A stretch of DNA of 64,000 bases from Nitrospirota bacterium. Lineage in GTDB: Bacteria; Nitrospirota; UBA9217. Where the stretch lies: the NCBI GenBank assembly GCA_963737155.1, contig CAVTRN010000002.1, positions 2,688,001 through 2,752,000 on the forward strand, read 5' to 3'. The position numbers were made by a program, and so were the translations under genes. A model generated the notes under the pieces. That model was not told the DNA's origin. It saw nothing but the letters and a program-made list of their open reading frames with translations, and searched no databases. Within the stretch, counting starts at the first letter, position 1; the number at the start of each line of letters is the position of its first letter. This document shows, one piece after another, positions 39,493 to 49,204 of the stretch.

Positions 39493-40731
39493 ATGCTCTC
39501 AACAAATCCCGCAATAGATACGGACATCAAAAACTTTTTTCTGCAAAACGATTCCCCGCTGGTCGGTACGCTTATCGAGTCCATCCGGACCGTGCCAACG
39601 ACGATGCGTATAAGGGACGTCGCCGATCTGTTTTTTCAATCATCCAAGCTCGACTCCCTGGCGATTGTAGAGGGAAATGAACCAGTAGCGCTTCTCGCAA
39701 GGCTCAAATTCATGTGCAAGCTTTTTCACAGATCCGGATTCGAGGTGCTCGGAAAGCATCCCGTCATATCACTCGCCGACACGAATCCACTGATTATTGA
39801 AGAAAGCGAACGGCTAGATGTGACGATCGATATGGCATTGAGGCGAGATTCCTCCATGGTCTTTGACGAAATCATCGTCGTAGACCAGAATGGCTGTTTT
39901 AAAGGCCTCCTTTCGGTCAGGCAGCTTATAATCCAGCAGTGCTCCTCGTTGGCTAACCACATGGTGATCAAGGAAATCGCAAGCAAGCGGACTTGCGAAT
40001 TTGAAAATATCGGTGCGATAAAATCGCAGTTTATCGCACACGTCACCCGCGATCTCCGCTCTCCAGTCGATGCCGTCATCAGACTTGCCGAACTCCTGAT
40101 AATAGAGGGGAACAAGGGTGCCATCGAGCAGATCAGGGAGCTTCTCTCATTGATGATGTCCAGCGCCTCTGACATCCGGGCAATCATCACCAGCATTCTC
40201 GATCTATCGAGGATCGAAGCGGGCAATATGGAAGTCACGAAGCAGGATGTGGACATATCGGCGCTTGTCGCTGAAACGGCGGAAACTGCACGAGCTCTCG
40301 TCGGGAACAAGCCGGTAATCGTCGAGGTCACGGTCCCCATCGCGCCAGTAATGCTCACAACAGACGCGGTCAAGCTGCGCCAGATTGTCATGAACCTCGC
40401 GAGTAATGCGGTGAAATTCACCAGCACCGGCAAGGTCTCCCTGACACTCGGCATTATCGGCAGCAGTCTTGAAATCGCGGTCGGCGATACCGGCATCGGC
40501 ATCAAGAAGGAATGTCTAAACGAGTTGTTCAGCGCCCTCAGCCGAATAGAAGATGCCGATGCAAAAATCGGCCAAAGACCGGGGCTTGGCCTGGCGGTCA
40601 GTAAATATCTCATTGAGCTTCTCGGCGGCACGATCTCGGTGATAAGTGCATTTGGCGCAGGAACAACCTTCGCTGTATCTCTGCCGCTGCAGCTTGGGGA
40701 GCGGAGTGGAGGGCTCTACAATGCGGAATAG
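39493..40731 (+). CDS. CBS-domain histidine-kinase-like protein lacking the canonical phospho-His
   Basis: CBS pair (IIVVDQNGCFKGLLSVRQL); H-box reads FIAHVTRDLRSP; NLASNAVKF, DTGIGI, PGLGL. Confidence 0.85.
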   Translation: MLSTNPAIDTDIKNFFLQNDSPLVGTLIESIRTVPTTMRIRDVADLFFQSSKLDSLAIVEGNEPVALLARLKFMCKLFHRSGFEVLGKHPVISLADTNPLIIEESERLDVTIDMALRRDSSMVFDEIIVVDQNGCFKGLLSVRQLIIQQCSSLANHMVIKEIASKRTCEFENIGAIKSQFIAHVTRDLRSPVDAVIRLAELLIIEGNKGAIEQIRELLSLMMSSASDIRAIITSILDLSRIEAGNMEVTKQDVDISALVAETAETARALVGNKPVIVEVTVPIAPVMLTTDAVKLRQIVMNLASNAVKFTSTGKVSLTLGIIGSSLEIAVGDTGIGIKKECLNELFSALSRIEDADAKIGQRPGLGLAVSKYLIELLGGTISVISAFGAGTTFAVSLPLQLGERSGGLYNAE

Positions 40732-41110
40732 GGAAAAGGTCCTGGTTGTCGATAAGAACGAAGTACACCTTGACAGGGCTAGAAATCTCCTTGAAAGCGA
40801 CGAAATAGAGGTTGTGACCCATACGGGCGCCTTCGGGGTAACCAGCCGCGTAAGAGTGATGCAGCCAGACCTAATTCTTCTTGGCATCAACGTACCTCCC
40901 CTCTCCGACGATAACCTCGCTTCTCTGCTTCACAATTGCTGTGATTCCAATCGTATTCCGGTCATCTTTCAATCATCCGATGACGAGGGTAGCATGGTGG
41001 AAAGCGTGAAGATTCATAGCGTTCAGGGCTATATCTGTAAAGGGGACCCTGCTGACCTCCGGATCAAAGTCAAAATGGTTCTCAACAAGCAGTCAAAGGT
41101 ATATATATAG
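40721..41110 (+). CDS. Stand-alone pseudo-receiver domain protein
   Basis: GGAGG RBS; VLVVDK and DLILLGINVP (acceptor Asp replaced by Gly); paralog of the next gene. Confidence 0.8.
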   Translation: MRNREKVLVVDKNEVHLDRARNLLESDEIEVVTHTGAFGVTSRVRVMQPDLILLGINVPPLSDDNLASLLHNCCDSNRIPVIFQSSDDEGSMVESVKIHSVQGYICKGDPADLRIKVKMVLNKQSKVYI

Positions 41111-41134
41111 TGAAGTTCGTGCAGGAGAGGACCA

Positions 41135-41512
41135 TTGATGAATAGAAGAAAAAAAATCCTGGTTGTTGACGATAATGAAATGCATCTCCAGGTAACAGGG
41201 GAGCTCCTCCGCGAGGAATTCGAGGTCATCACCCATCAATGCGGCTTCGGAGTCATGGCTCTCGCAAGCGAGTTTCAGCCTGACCTTCTCCTCCTCGATG
41301 TCAACATGCCAGCCTTCTCCGGTGACAAAGTGGCATTGCTACTCAGGGCAAACGAACTTACGCGTAATATTCAGATCGTATTCTATTCATGCGCCGACGA
41401 GAAAAATCTCAGCGAAATTGTCAAGACCTGCGATGTACGAGGATACATATGTAAGGGTGACATCATCGACCTGAAAAATAAAGTAAGCCACTACCTCGGA
41501 GCGCCGGTCTGA
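41135..41512 (+). CDS. Stand-alone response regulator receiver
   Basis: ILVVDD, DLLLLDVNMP, VFYS, GYICK. Confidence 0.88.
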   Translation: MMNRRKKILVVDDNEMHLQVTGELLREEFEVITHQCGFGVMALASEFQPDLLLLDVNMPAFSGDKVALLLRANELTRNIQIVFYSCADEKNLSEIVKTCDVRGYICKGDIIDLKNKVSHYLGAPV

Positions 41513-41738
41513 GCGAACACACGGCATGAACTTTATGAGAGGACCGATTCATCCGACAGGGACAGTGTCGTTACAGAGAAGCCAAAATAAGCAGTTCATG
41601 TCACTCCTTAATCAGCCCCGGCGAAATGAATAATCTGCGCTCCGGGGATAAGTCGCACGGCATCGAGGAATAGCGGTCGTGAAACGAAGGGTTGGAGACA
41701 CAAAAAAATATGGTAACAATATACTAAGATTCATTGCA

Positions 41739-41783
41739 TTGTAACGAAATTGTAACATGATTGTAATAATTCAATGATATAAA
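41739..41783 (+). promoter_or_regulatory. Pho box array + -10 of pstS
   Basis: TTGTAAC-gaaa-TTGTAAC-atga-TTGTAAT, 10 bp, TATAAA; 35 bp upstream of pstS. Confidence 0.88.
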
Positions 41784-41817
41784 AATAGCATCGAAAAATC
41801 AATAGGGAGGAAATCCA

Positions 41818-42825
41818 ATGAAGAAAATCGCAGTAGTGGCATTAATCATCGTTCTCGCAATGGCATCGAGCGTCTTTGCGGCGGATATGCTGAACGGCGC
41901 CGGGGCGACGTTCCCCTACCCCATCTATTCGGCGTGGGCCAATGAGTACAACCAGGTCACAGGCATCCAGTTAAATTATCAGTCCATTGGTTCGGGCGGA
42001 GGCATCAAGCAGATCACAGAGCGGACAGTCGACTTCGGTGCATCCGACGCACCGCAAACGCCAGAGTTCCTGGCAAAAAACAATTTGCTGCAATTCCCGG
42101 CTGTGATGGGCGGCGTCGTTCTAGTTGTCAATATCAATGGTGTAAAGGCGAGACAGCTAAAACTCGATTCCGAAGCAGTTTGTAAAATATACCTTGGTGA
42201 AATAACGAACTGGAGCGACCCGAAGATCAAGGATCTTAACCCCGGCCTCAACCTCCGGAATGGCGACATCACAGTAGTCCATCGCTCAGACGGATCAGGA
42301 ACAACCGCGATCTTCACCGGTTACCTAAACGATGTCTGCTCTGCCTGGAAAGAAAAAGTCGGCACCGGCACTTCCGTCAGCTGGCCTGTGGGTATCGGAG
42401 GGAAAGGGAACGAGGGCGTTGCCAACTATGTTCAGCAGCAAAAGGATTCAATCGGATATGTAGAGTTTGCCTATGCGCAGCAGAACAATCTGTCCTACAC
42501 GCTCCTCAAGAATAGCGCCGGCACATTCGTGTCACCGAGTTTCGATACTTTTAAAGATGCGGCCGCTTCCGCCAATTTTGACCCGAAAAAGGACTTCTAC
42601 CTCTGGCTTAACAATGCACCAGGCAAAAACGCATGGCCTATCGCTGGCGCAACGTTCATACTCCTCGGTAAGGAAAAGATGGATTCGAACAAGAAGGTAG
42701 TGACGTTCTATAACTGGGCATTTACGCACGGCGATAAAAAGGCGGAAGAACTGATCTATGTTCCGCTCCCCAAATCTCTGAAAGATAAAATCCGCGCCTA
42801 CTGGAAAACGAACGGCATCATATAG
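41818..42825 (+). CDS. pstS: Phosphate ABC transporter substrate-binding protein
   Basis: GAGATFPYP, NYQSIGSGGG, DFGASD, HRSDGSGTT. Confidence 0.97.
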   Translation: MKKIAVVALIIVLAMASSVFAADMLNGAGATFPYPIYSAWANEYNQVTGIQLNYQSIGSGGGIKQITERTVDFGASDAPQTPEFLAKNNLLQFPAVMGGVVLVVNINGVKARQLKLDSEAVCKIYLGEITNWSDPKIKDLNPGLNLRNGDITVVHRSDGSGTTAIFTGYLNDVCSAWKEKVGTGTSVSWPVGIGGKGNEGVANYVQQQKDSIGYVEFAYAQQNNLSYTLLKNSAGTFVSPSFDTFKDAAASANFDPKKDFYLWLNNAPGKNAWPIAGATFILLGKEKMDSNKKVVTFYNWAFTHGDKKAEELIYVPLPKSLKDKIRAYWKTNGII

Positions 42826-43103
42826 TAAAGTGGCAAAATGAGTCTTTTTGGCGAGAGTGTGGGAAACACCAAAATATAGCATACAAGGGACAAACAAACC
42901 TTATTAATTTTGGTAAAATCCTTGTATAATCGAGGATTTACATCTTACAGAGCATAAGCAGCCTATGTCGATATGTTTGGGGTGCCCACACCTTAACCCT
43001 CAAGCGACCAAAAAATAAGTTGAATTGCACGGGTCAGGTATATATACTATTGATACCTGACCCGTTTGATTTTATCATCGGGCAGAGCAGAAAGGTAGCA
43101 TCC

Positions 43104-44045
43104 TTGGCCACTTTCCCCAAAAAAAATATCATCGATTTTTCCTTTTCCTTCCTGACCGCCATCGCATCTTTTACTGTCATCATTTTCATTGTCGGAATTC
43201 TGGTGGTACTCGTCAATGAGTCTTCGCTCGCCATAGGAAAGTTCGGGTTAATCCACTTTCTTACATCAACGGTCTGGAACCCCGTCACAGGCGTCTTTGG
43301 GGCGGCAACCACTATCTACGGTACATTCGTTACAACCGCGCTCGCCTTGATTTTTGCCATTCCGACCGCGATCGGCATAGCGATATTCGTCACAGAAATT
43401 GCGCCCAATTTTCTCAAAGCCCCTATTGGCATCGCTATAGAGCTTCTGGCAGCCATTCCGAGCATTATTTACGGCATGTGGGGCCTCTTCGCGCTGGCGC
43501 CTATCATGTCGAATTATGTCGAACCCGCGCTTAAGAGTACCGTCGGGACGCTACCAGTTATCGGCATTCTGTTCAAGGGGAATCCTATGGGCATCGACCT
43601 GTTGACCGCAAGCATCATCCTCGGCATCATGATCATCCCTTTCACGGCAAGCATCGCCCGCGATGCGTTCAATTTAACCCCCGCCGTGGTCAAGGAGTCG
43701 GCCTACGCCATTGGGGCCACCAGGTGGGAAGTCGTGAAAAACGTTGTCCTTCCTTATTCCAAGCTGGGCGTGTTCGGAGGGGCCGCGCTTTCTCTAGGAC
43801 GAGCGCTGGGCGAGACCATGGCCGTAGCCTTCGTGCTCGGGAACAACCATAAAATCGCCACGTCGCTCCTTGACGCGGCATCGACCATCACCGTGAGCCT
43901 CGCAAATGAATTCACGGAAGCGGACAGCGCCTTGTACTTGTCCTCGCTTTATTATCTCGCACTCGTCCTGTTCGTGATGAGCTTTATCATATTGGCTATT
44001 GCTAAATTTTTTCTTTTGAAGGCGGAAAGGAAGTATTCACGTTAG
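43104..44045 (+). CDS. pstC: Phosphate ABC transporter permease
   Basis: ELLAAIPSIIYGMWG, ESAYAIGATRWE, GRALGETMAV; start placed at TTG 43104 after AAAGG. Confidence 0.95.
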   Translation: MATFPKKNIIDFSFSFLTAIASFTVIIFIVGILVVLVNESSLAIGKFGLIHFLTSTVWNPVTGVFGAATTIYGTFVTTALALIFAIPTAIGIAIFVTEIAPNFLKAPIGIAIELLAAIPSIIYGMWGLFALAPIMSNYVEPALKSTVGTLPVIGILFKGNPMGIDLLTASIILGIMIIPFTASIARDAFNLTPAVVKESAYAIGATRWEVVKNVVLPYSKLGVFGGAALSLGRALGETMAVAFVLGNNHKIATSLLDAASTITVSLANEFTEADSALYLSSLYYLALVLFVMSFIILAIAKFFLLKAERKYSR

Positions 44046-44225
44046 CGCAGAATACGCCTGTGTGCTTCGCCCTTCTTGTCGTCCTTCCTGTTTGTCGGGA
44101 ATTGTAGCTGAATCACGAGCTCAAAGAAAACGATTCCGGACAAGCCCTTGGTGTGCCTATGCGAAAGGGCAGGCGGAATGACATTAAAAGATGGGTGGCT
44201 GAGCGAGAAAATTAATTTTTATCCC

Positions 44226-45068
44226 ATGACTAACGAACAAAAACGTAAAATCGAAAGCATCCTCGCTCTCTCGTTGAGCGGACTCGCCGCCGCGATCGGT
44301 CTATTCTGGCTCGTGTACATCCTGGCCGATGTGATTATCAACGGTCTCGGGGCTCTCAAATTAAGCTTGTTCTTCAATGACCCTGCTCCCGTAGGGGTCG
44401 AAGGAGGCGGATTGAGGAATGCTTTCGTCGGGCAGCTGATGATAACCGCGACCGCAACCTTGATAGGCGTTCCCATCGGCGTGCTGGGAGGCACGTTCCT
44501 CGCCGAATACGCCCGGGGCAGAAAGATCGCGCGTGTCATCAGCATTCTTGCCGACATTATGGTCAGCGTTCCGTCCATCGTGGTAGGTGCATTTGTTTAC
44601 GCGATCCTCGTCCTGCCAATGCACCATTTCAGCGGCTGGGCCGGGGCCGTTGCACTTTCGATCATTATGATCCCCGTGGTCCTGCGGACGACCGAGGACA
44701 TGCTGTCCCTGGTGCCATGGACCTTGCGTGAAGCGGCCTTCGCCCTCGGCGCGCCGTATTACAAAGTAATCATCCAGGTCGTGTACCGCGGGGCCGCCAC
44801 AGGCATCCTCACCGGAATTCTGCTCTCTATCGCCCGCGTTGCCGGTGAAACAGCTCCACTGCTCTTTACGTCGTTCAACAATAACTTTCATTCAACGAAC
44901 ATGAACGGCCCCATGGCTTCGCTCACGGTCACCATCTTTCAGTACGCCATGGGTCCCTATAAAAGCTGGCATGTGCAGGCCTGGGGCGCATCCTTCGTCA
45001 TCACGCTTTTCATTCTCGGACTGACAATCGCGGGCAGATTAATCATCAAATGGAGGTATAAGACTTGA
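44226..45068 (+). CDS. pstA: Phosphate ABC transporter permease
   Basis: [31 protein letters not shown]; start placed at ATG 44226. Confidence 0.95.
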   Translation: MTNEQKRKIESILALSLSGLAAAIGLFWLVYILADVIINGLGALKLSLFFNDPAPVGVEGGGLRNAFVGQLMITATATLIGVPIGVLGGTFLAEYARGRKIARVISILADIMVSVPSIVVGAFVYAILVLPMHHFSGWAGAVALSIIMIPVVLRTTEDMLSLVPWTLREAAFALGAPYYKVIIQVVYRGAATGILTGILLSIARVAGETAPLLFTSFNNNFHSTNMNGPMASLTVTIFQYAMGPYKSWHVQAWGASFVITLFILGLTIAGRLIIKWRYKT

Positions 45069-45829
45069 CAGGACCAATCGAGATGGAGGTCAGGGACCTG
45101 GACTTCTATTACAACGGAGACCTTCACGCGCTTCGGGCGATTTCGCTGCCAATTTACAAAAACAACGTAACGGCACTGATCGGACCGTCGGGTTGCGGCA
45201 AAACCACGCTGCTCCGCTGTTTTAACCGTATGCACGATCTCTATCCCAAGCACCGGTACGGAGGGGAAATCGTCTTTCAGGGAAATGACATTTTGGGTGT
45301 CGGCACAGACCTGATTAATCTTCGGAGCCGCATCGGAATGGTATTCCAGAGGCCGACGCCCTTCCCCATGTCCATTGCCGAAAACATCGCATACGGGTTG
45401 CGGCTCAAGGGAATCAGGAAAAAAAGCGAGCTCGTCGAGCGCATTGAGCGGGCGCTCAAACATGCGGTGCTCTGGGAGGAGGTAAGGGACAAGCTGAACT
45501 CCAGTGCCTACGACCTCTCGGGCGGACAGCAGCAGCGGCTCGTGATAGCGCGCGCCTTGGCCGTGGAACCAGAAATCCTACTTTTCGATGAGCCGACTTC
45601 TGCCCTAGACCCCATCTCAACGGCCAAAATCGAGGAGTTGGTGGTCAACCTCAAGAAGGATGTCACGATTATCATCGTAACGCACAACATGCAGCAGGCG
45701 GCGCGCGTCTCCGACATGACAGGCTTTCTCTACATGGGTGAACTCATCGAATACGGCACAACAGAGAAGATATTCACGAATCCAGACAAGAAGCAGACTG
45801 ACGATTATATAACTGGTAGGTTCGGGTAA
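45065..45829 (+). CDS. pstB: Phosphate ABC transporter ATPase
   Basis: [34 protein letters not shown]. Confidence 0.97.
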   Translation: MTGPIEMEVRDLDFYYNGDLHALRAISLPIYKNNVTALIGPSGCGKTTLLRCFNRMHDLYPKHRYGGEIVFQGNDILGVGTDLINLRSRIGMVFQRPTPFPMSIAENIAYGLRLKGIRKKSELVERIERALKHAVLWEEVRDKLNSSAYDLSGGQQQRLVIARALAVEPEILLFDEPTSALDPISTAKIEELVVNLKKDVTIIIVTHNMQQAARVSDMTGFLYMGELIEYGTTEKIFTNPDKKQTDDYITGRFG

Positions 45830-45931
45830 AAGATGCAGGATCATGTAGAAAGGGAACTAAAACTTTGCAGCCTAGTACTCACACTTTTCCCTGCTCTTGA
45901 CACGTGACCCTATGTTCTAAACGGAGGACCC

Positions 45932-46618
45932 ATGACGGCACAGAAAGAACAGGACATCGAAAAACTCAAGGAACGCATCCTCAAGATGGGGGCCTTTGTC
46001 GAGGAAGCTATCAGGCGATCCGTTAAGGCCCTTGTGGAACGAGACCGTGAGTTGGCCATCTCGGTGATCGACGGCGATGCCATTGTGAACAACTACGACG
46101 TGGAGATCGAGGAGGAGTGCATCAGGTTCCTGGCCATTTGGCAACCCACGGGCAGTAATCTCCGACTTGTGACGACGGCAATAAAGATCATCACCGATTT
46201 GGAGCGCATGGGAGATCTGGCTGTGGACACCTGCGAACGGGCCATCGAGATGTTGGACGAGCCGCCGCTCAAGCCTTTTATCGACCTCCCGCGCATGGCC
46301 GAGGCAGCCCAGAAAATGCTTAAGGACAGCCTAGACGCCTTTGTGACCCAGGATGCTGATCTGGCCTTGCAGGTGTGCGAAGCCGATGATTTCGTGGACA
46401 ACCTGAACCAGCAGATATTCAACGAGTTACTGCTTTATATGCTCAAAGACTCGAAAAACATCAGCCGCGCCGTCCGGCTTACCTATATTGACAAGTATAT
46501 CGAACGCATCGCCGATCATGCCACGAATATCGCGGAAATGGTGGTCTATATGGTCAAGGGCAAAGTGATTAGGCATATGGCCTGTGAAACAATCCGTAAG
46601 GAAAAAAACAAGGTTTGA
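45932..46618 (+). CDS. phoU: Phosphate signalling protein PhoU
   Basis: DLERMGDLA, ERIADHATNIAE. Confidence 0.96.
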   Translation: MTAQKEQDIEKLKERILKMGAFVEEAIRRSVKALVERDRELAISVIDGDAIVNNYDVEIEEECIRFLAIWQPTGSNLRLVTTAIKIITDLERMGDLAVDTCERAIEMLDEPPLKPFIDLPRMAEAAQKMLKDSLDAFVTQDADLALQVCEADDFVDNLNQQIFNELLLYMLKDSKNISRAVRLTYIDKYIERIADHATNIAEMVVYMVKGKVIRHMACETIRKEKNKV

Positions 46619-46816
46619 CATAGTATGCCACACGTCCGCAACACATAATTCCCATTATGAACGAACGGCAGCGCGGGCGGGACAGGAAAAGAGGCTGAAA
46701 AATTCTAACCCAATCGCCGTTTTCTCATTAATGTCCTGTTAAATATTCTTAAGATTTTCCAGCCGCGTCTGCCATATTTCCCCATTCATTATACGTTGAC
46801 CATCACCATAAAATGT

Positions 46817-46846
46817 TTGACAAATCGCACTATTACGATGTAAAAT
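46817..46846 (+). promoter_or_regulatory. Sigma70-like promoter of the arn operon
   Basis: TTGACA-18 bp-TAAAAT. Confidence 0.5.
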
Positions 46847-46973
46847 ATAAAATTCGGCTTTCATCGGCCGGGTTTTCTTGCTCTGCCATCCCAAACAATA
46901 ACGGCGAGCGGTAGATTCCGCTGTCCATCAATTCCCGGCCGCGCTCGTAGGCAGCATCTTCGGAAAGATATTC

Positions 46974-48650
46974 ATGAATTCTGTCTCCAAACAAAGCGGG
47001 CATCCTCTCCTGCGGGACCTTGTAATCTTGACTGTCCTACTTGCCGTCTTTTTTGGCTTAATGATCGGAAACCGGCCCTTGTCCGTGCCCGACGAGGGCC
47101 GGTACGTTGAGATTCCCCGCGAAATGGTCGAAACGGGAAACTATCTAACCCCCCGCCTGAACGGGGTGAAATACTTTGAAAAACCCGTTCTCTTCTACTG
47201 GCTTGAGGCCTCGTCGATCAAACTTTTCGGTCTCCACGAGTCCACCTTACGCCTCTGGCCCGCTCTCTTCGCACTCTTCGGATGCCTCTCTGTCTACGTC
47301 GCAGGTCGACGGCTCTTCAGTCGCCGAACCGGGCTTGTCGCCACGATCGTGCTGGCGACCAACGTTCTTTACTACAGCATGAGTCGGGCGATCATTCTCG
47401 ACATGCCAGTCTCAGCCTTCCTTACCGCTGCGCTACTTTCCTTCCTGGTCGGCATGCACGAGATTCCTGGATTGCGGCGAAGGCTCCTTCTATGGAGCTT
47501 TTACGTTTTTTGCGCCTTCGCCGTCCTCACCAAGGGACTAATCGGCATCGTCATCCCAGGCATAATCATCGGCGCATGGATCGTCATGCTCGGCGAATGG
47601 CGTGTCCTCAAGACCATCTATCTTCCCTCGGGGCTTGCGCTGTTCCTGCTTATCGCCGCGCCGTGGCACATCCTCATCATTCGGGCCAACCCTGAGTTTT
47701 TTCATTTTTATTTCATTCAAGAGCACTTCCTGCGTTATTTGACCAAGATGCACGACCGGTACCATCCCGCGTGGTTCTTTATTCCCATCATCCTCGCCGG
47801 GTTGTTTCCCTGGAGCGTCTTTCTCATGCAGTCAGTAAGATACAGCCTCCCGACCTCCTGGTTTGAACGGTACGAGCACCGTGATGCGCTCTTTCTGATA
47901 CTATGGGCAGGGCTGGTGTTTCTCTTTTTTTCTGGCTCGGATTCGAAGCTGGTACCCTACATCCTTCCTGTATTTCCGCCTCTGGCGCTCCTGATCGGGC
48001 GCTATCTTGCCGATGCATGGGACAGCAAGGAGTTTCCCGGACTACGTCTCGGATACCATATGCTCCTGATAGCTGCATTGCTGCTGTCAGGTGCTTTTTT
48101 GATGGTCCCATATTTTTCGCTGGTGCTGAATGTTCAGGCCCTTGGCGTATACAGCTACCTGCTTGCAATTACCCTGACCGCGGGAGCTGTATCAGCCTGG
48201 GTGCTAGCACGGAAGCGCGGTTTTCAGCCGTTCTTCATCGCCATTGTCGCCATGTCCGTGCTTTTCCTGCTCGAAGTGAACGCGGCCGCCCCCCGCGTTC
48301 AACCCAATTCGATCAAGGATCTAGCGGTGGTCCTGAAGCCCTTGCTTAAGCCCGGAGATGAGGTCGCAAACTATTCAAACTATTACCAGGATCTGCCTGT
48401 TTATCTTGAAAAGCGCATCATTGTCGCAGGCTGGACTGGCGAGCTCGAATTTGGCACTCAAGTGGAGGACACCTCACAGTGGATGATGGACCCGGACGCG
48501 TTCTGGAAACGGTGGCAAGGCCCCGGAACGCTTTACTTGATTACCGATAAAGATACTTATGAGGGCCTGCGCCAGAACGCCAAGCTTAAATTATTCCCTG
48601 TGGCAGCAGACAGGACGAACATTGTGCTGTCCAACATAGAGGTCAAGTGA
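46974..48650 (+). CDS. arnT: ArnT-family (GT83) undecaprenyl-phosphate sugar transferase
   Basis: PDEGRYVEIPREM, YFEKPVLFYW, LTKG, SKLVPYILP. Confidence 0.88.
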   Translation: MNSVSKQSGHPLLRDLVILTVLLAVFFGLMIGNRPLSVPDEGRYVEIPREMVETGNYLTPRLNGVKYFEKPVLFYWLEASSIKLFGLHESTLRLWPALFALFGCLSVYVAGRRLFSRRTGLVATIVLATNVLYYSMSRAIILDMPVSAFLTAALLSFLVGMHEIPGLRRRLLLWSFYVFCAFAVLTKGLIGIVIPGIIIGAWIVMLGEWRVLKTIYLPSGLALFLLIAAPWHILIIRANPEFFHFYFIQEHFLRYLTKMHDRYHPAWFFIPIILAGLFPWSVFLMQSVRYSLPTSWFERYEHRDALFLILWAGLVFLFFSGSDSKLVPYILPVFPPLALLIGRYLADAWDSKEFPGLRLGYHMLLIAALLLSGAFLMVPYFSLVLNVQALGVYSYLLAITLTAGAVSAWVLARKRGFQPFFIAIVAMSVLFLLEVNAAAPRVQPNSIKDLAVVLKPLLKPGDEVANYSNYYQDLPVYLEKRIIVAGWTGELEFGTQVEDTSQWMMDPDAFWKRWQGPGTLYLITDKDTYEGLRQNAKLKLFPVAADRTNIVLSNIEVK

Positions 48651-49015
48651 TGAGTTATCTTCCCCTGATTCTCCTCGGCGTATTGCTGAATGCGACTGCT
48701 CAGGTGTTTCTCAAGGAGGGGATGCGGCGGATCGGCCATTTCGATTTCATCTGGGCCAATGTACTCCCCATTGCGGTCCAGGTGGCGGGGAATGCTTTCA
48801 TTCTCGCGGGTCTGCTCTGCTACGTCATAAGCGTAGCGGTCTGGCTTCTTGTCCTATCCCGGGTCGAGGTAAGCTTTGCCTATCCACTCCTCTCGGTGGG
48901 ATACATCGTGAACGCCATTGCGGGGTATTACCTGTTCCAGGAGAATCTTTCAGTCACCCGTATTACGGGAATCCTGATCATTTGTATAGGCGTGTATTTT
49001 GTGACGAAGAGCTGA
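48647..49015 (+). CDS. SMR/EamA 4-TM flippase (ArnE/ArnF-like)
   Basis: WLLVLSRVEVSFAYPLLS; position in arn cluster. Confidence 0.82.
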   Translation: MMSYLPLILLGVLLNATAQVFLKEGMRRIGHFDFIWANVLPIAVQVAGNAFILAGLLCYVISVAVWLLVLSRVEVSFAYPLLSVGYIVNAIAGYYLFQENLSVTRITGILIICIGVYFVTKS

Positions 49016-49204
49016 GCAAATAAATATTTCACCGTAGCTTGAGTAAAGAATGCGGAGTTCCAAAATTGTCATGTGAACCTTATGTCCTTTGAGCTTTTTT
49101 TGACGTTGTTTCAGACAAGCCGGAATGATAACAAAACCGGCGACCTGAGTCGTTACACCATGTAAATGACTCGTGAGAATATATCTTTTGAAACGAGGCA
49201 TCTA

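Noticed and set aside
39726-40631. 301-aa minus-strand ORF (also 52532..53593, 10734..11519, 9243..9920 and similar)
   Set aside because: Antisense shadows of well-supported genes.
41739-41767. Short periodic repeats as a CRISPR array or iterons
   Set aside because: The 11-bp period with 4-bp spacers fits regulator boxes; no CRISPR-size repeats or cas genes in the window.
46850-46960. GC-rich leader before arnT as a tRNA or ncRNA
   Set aside because: No cloverleaf, T-loop or known motif; no tRNA or rRNA recognised anywhere in the window.
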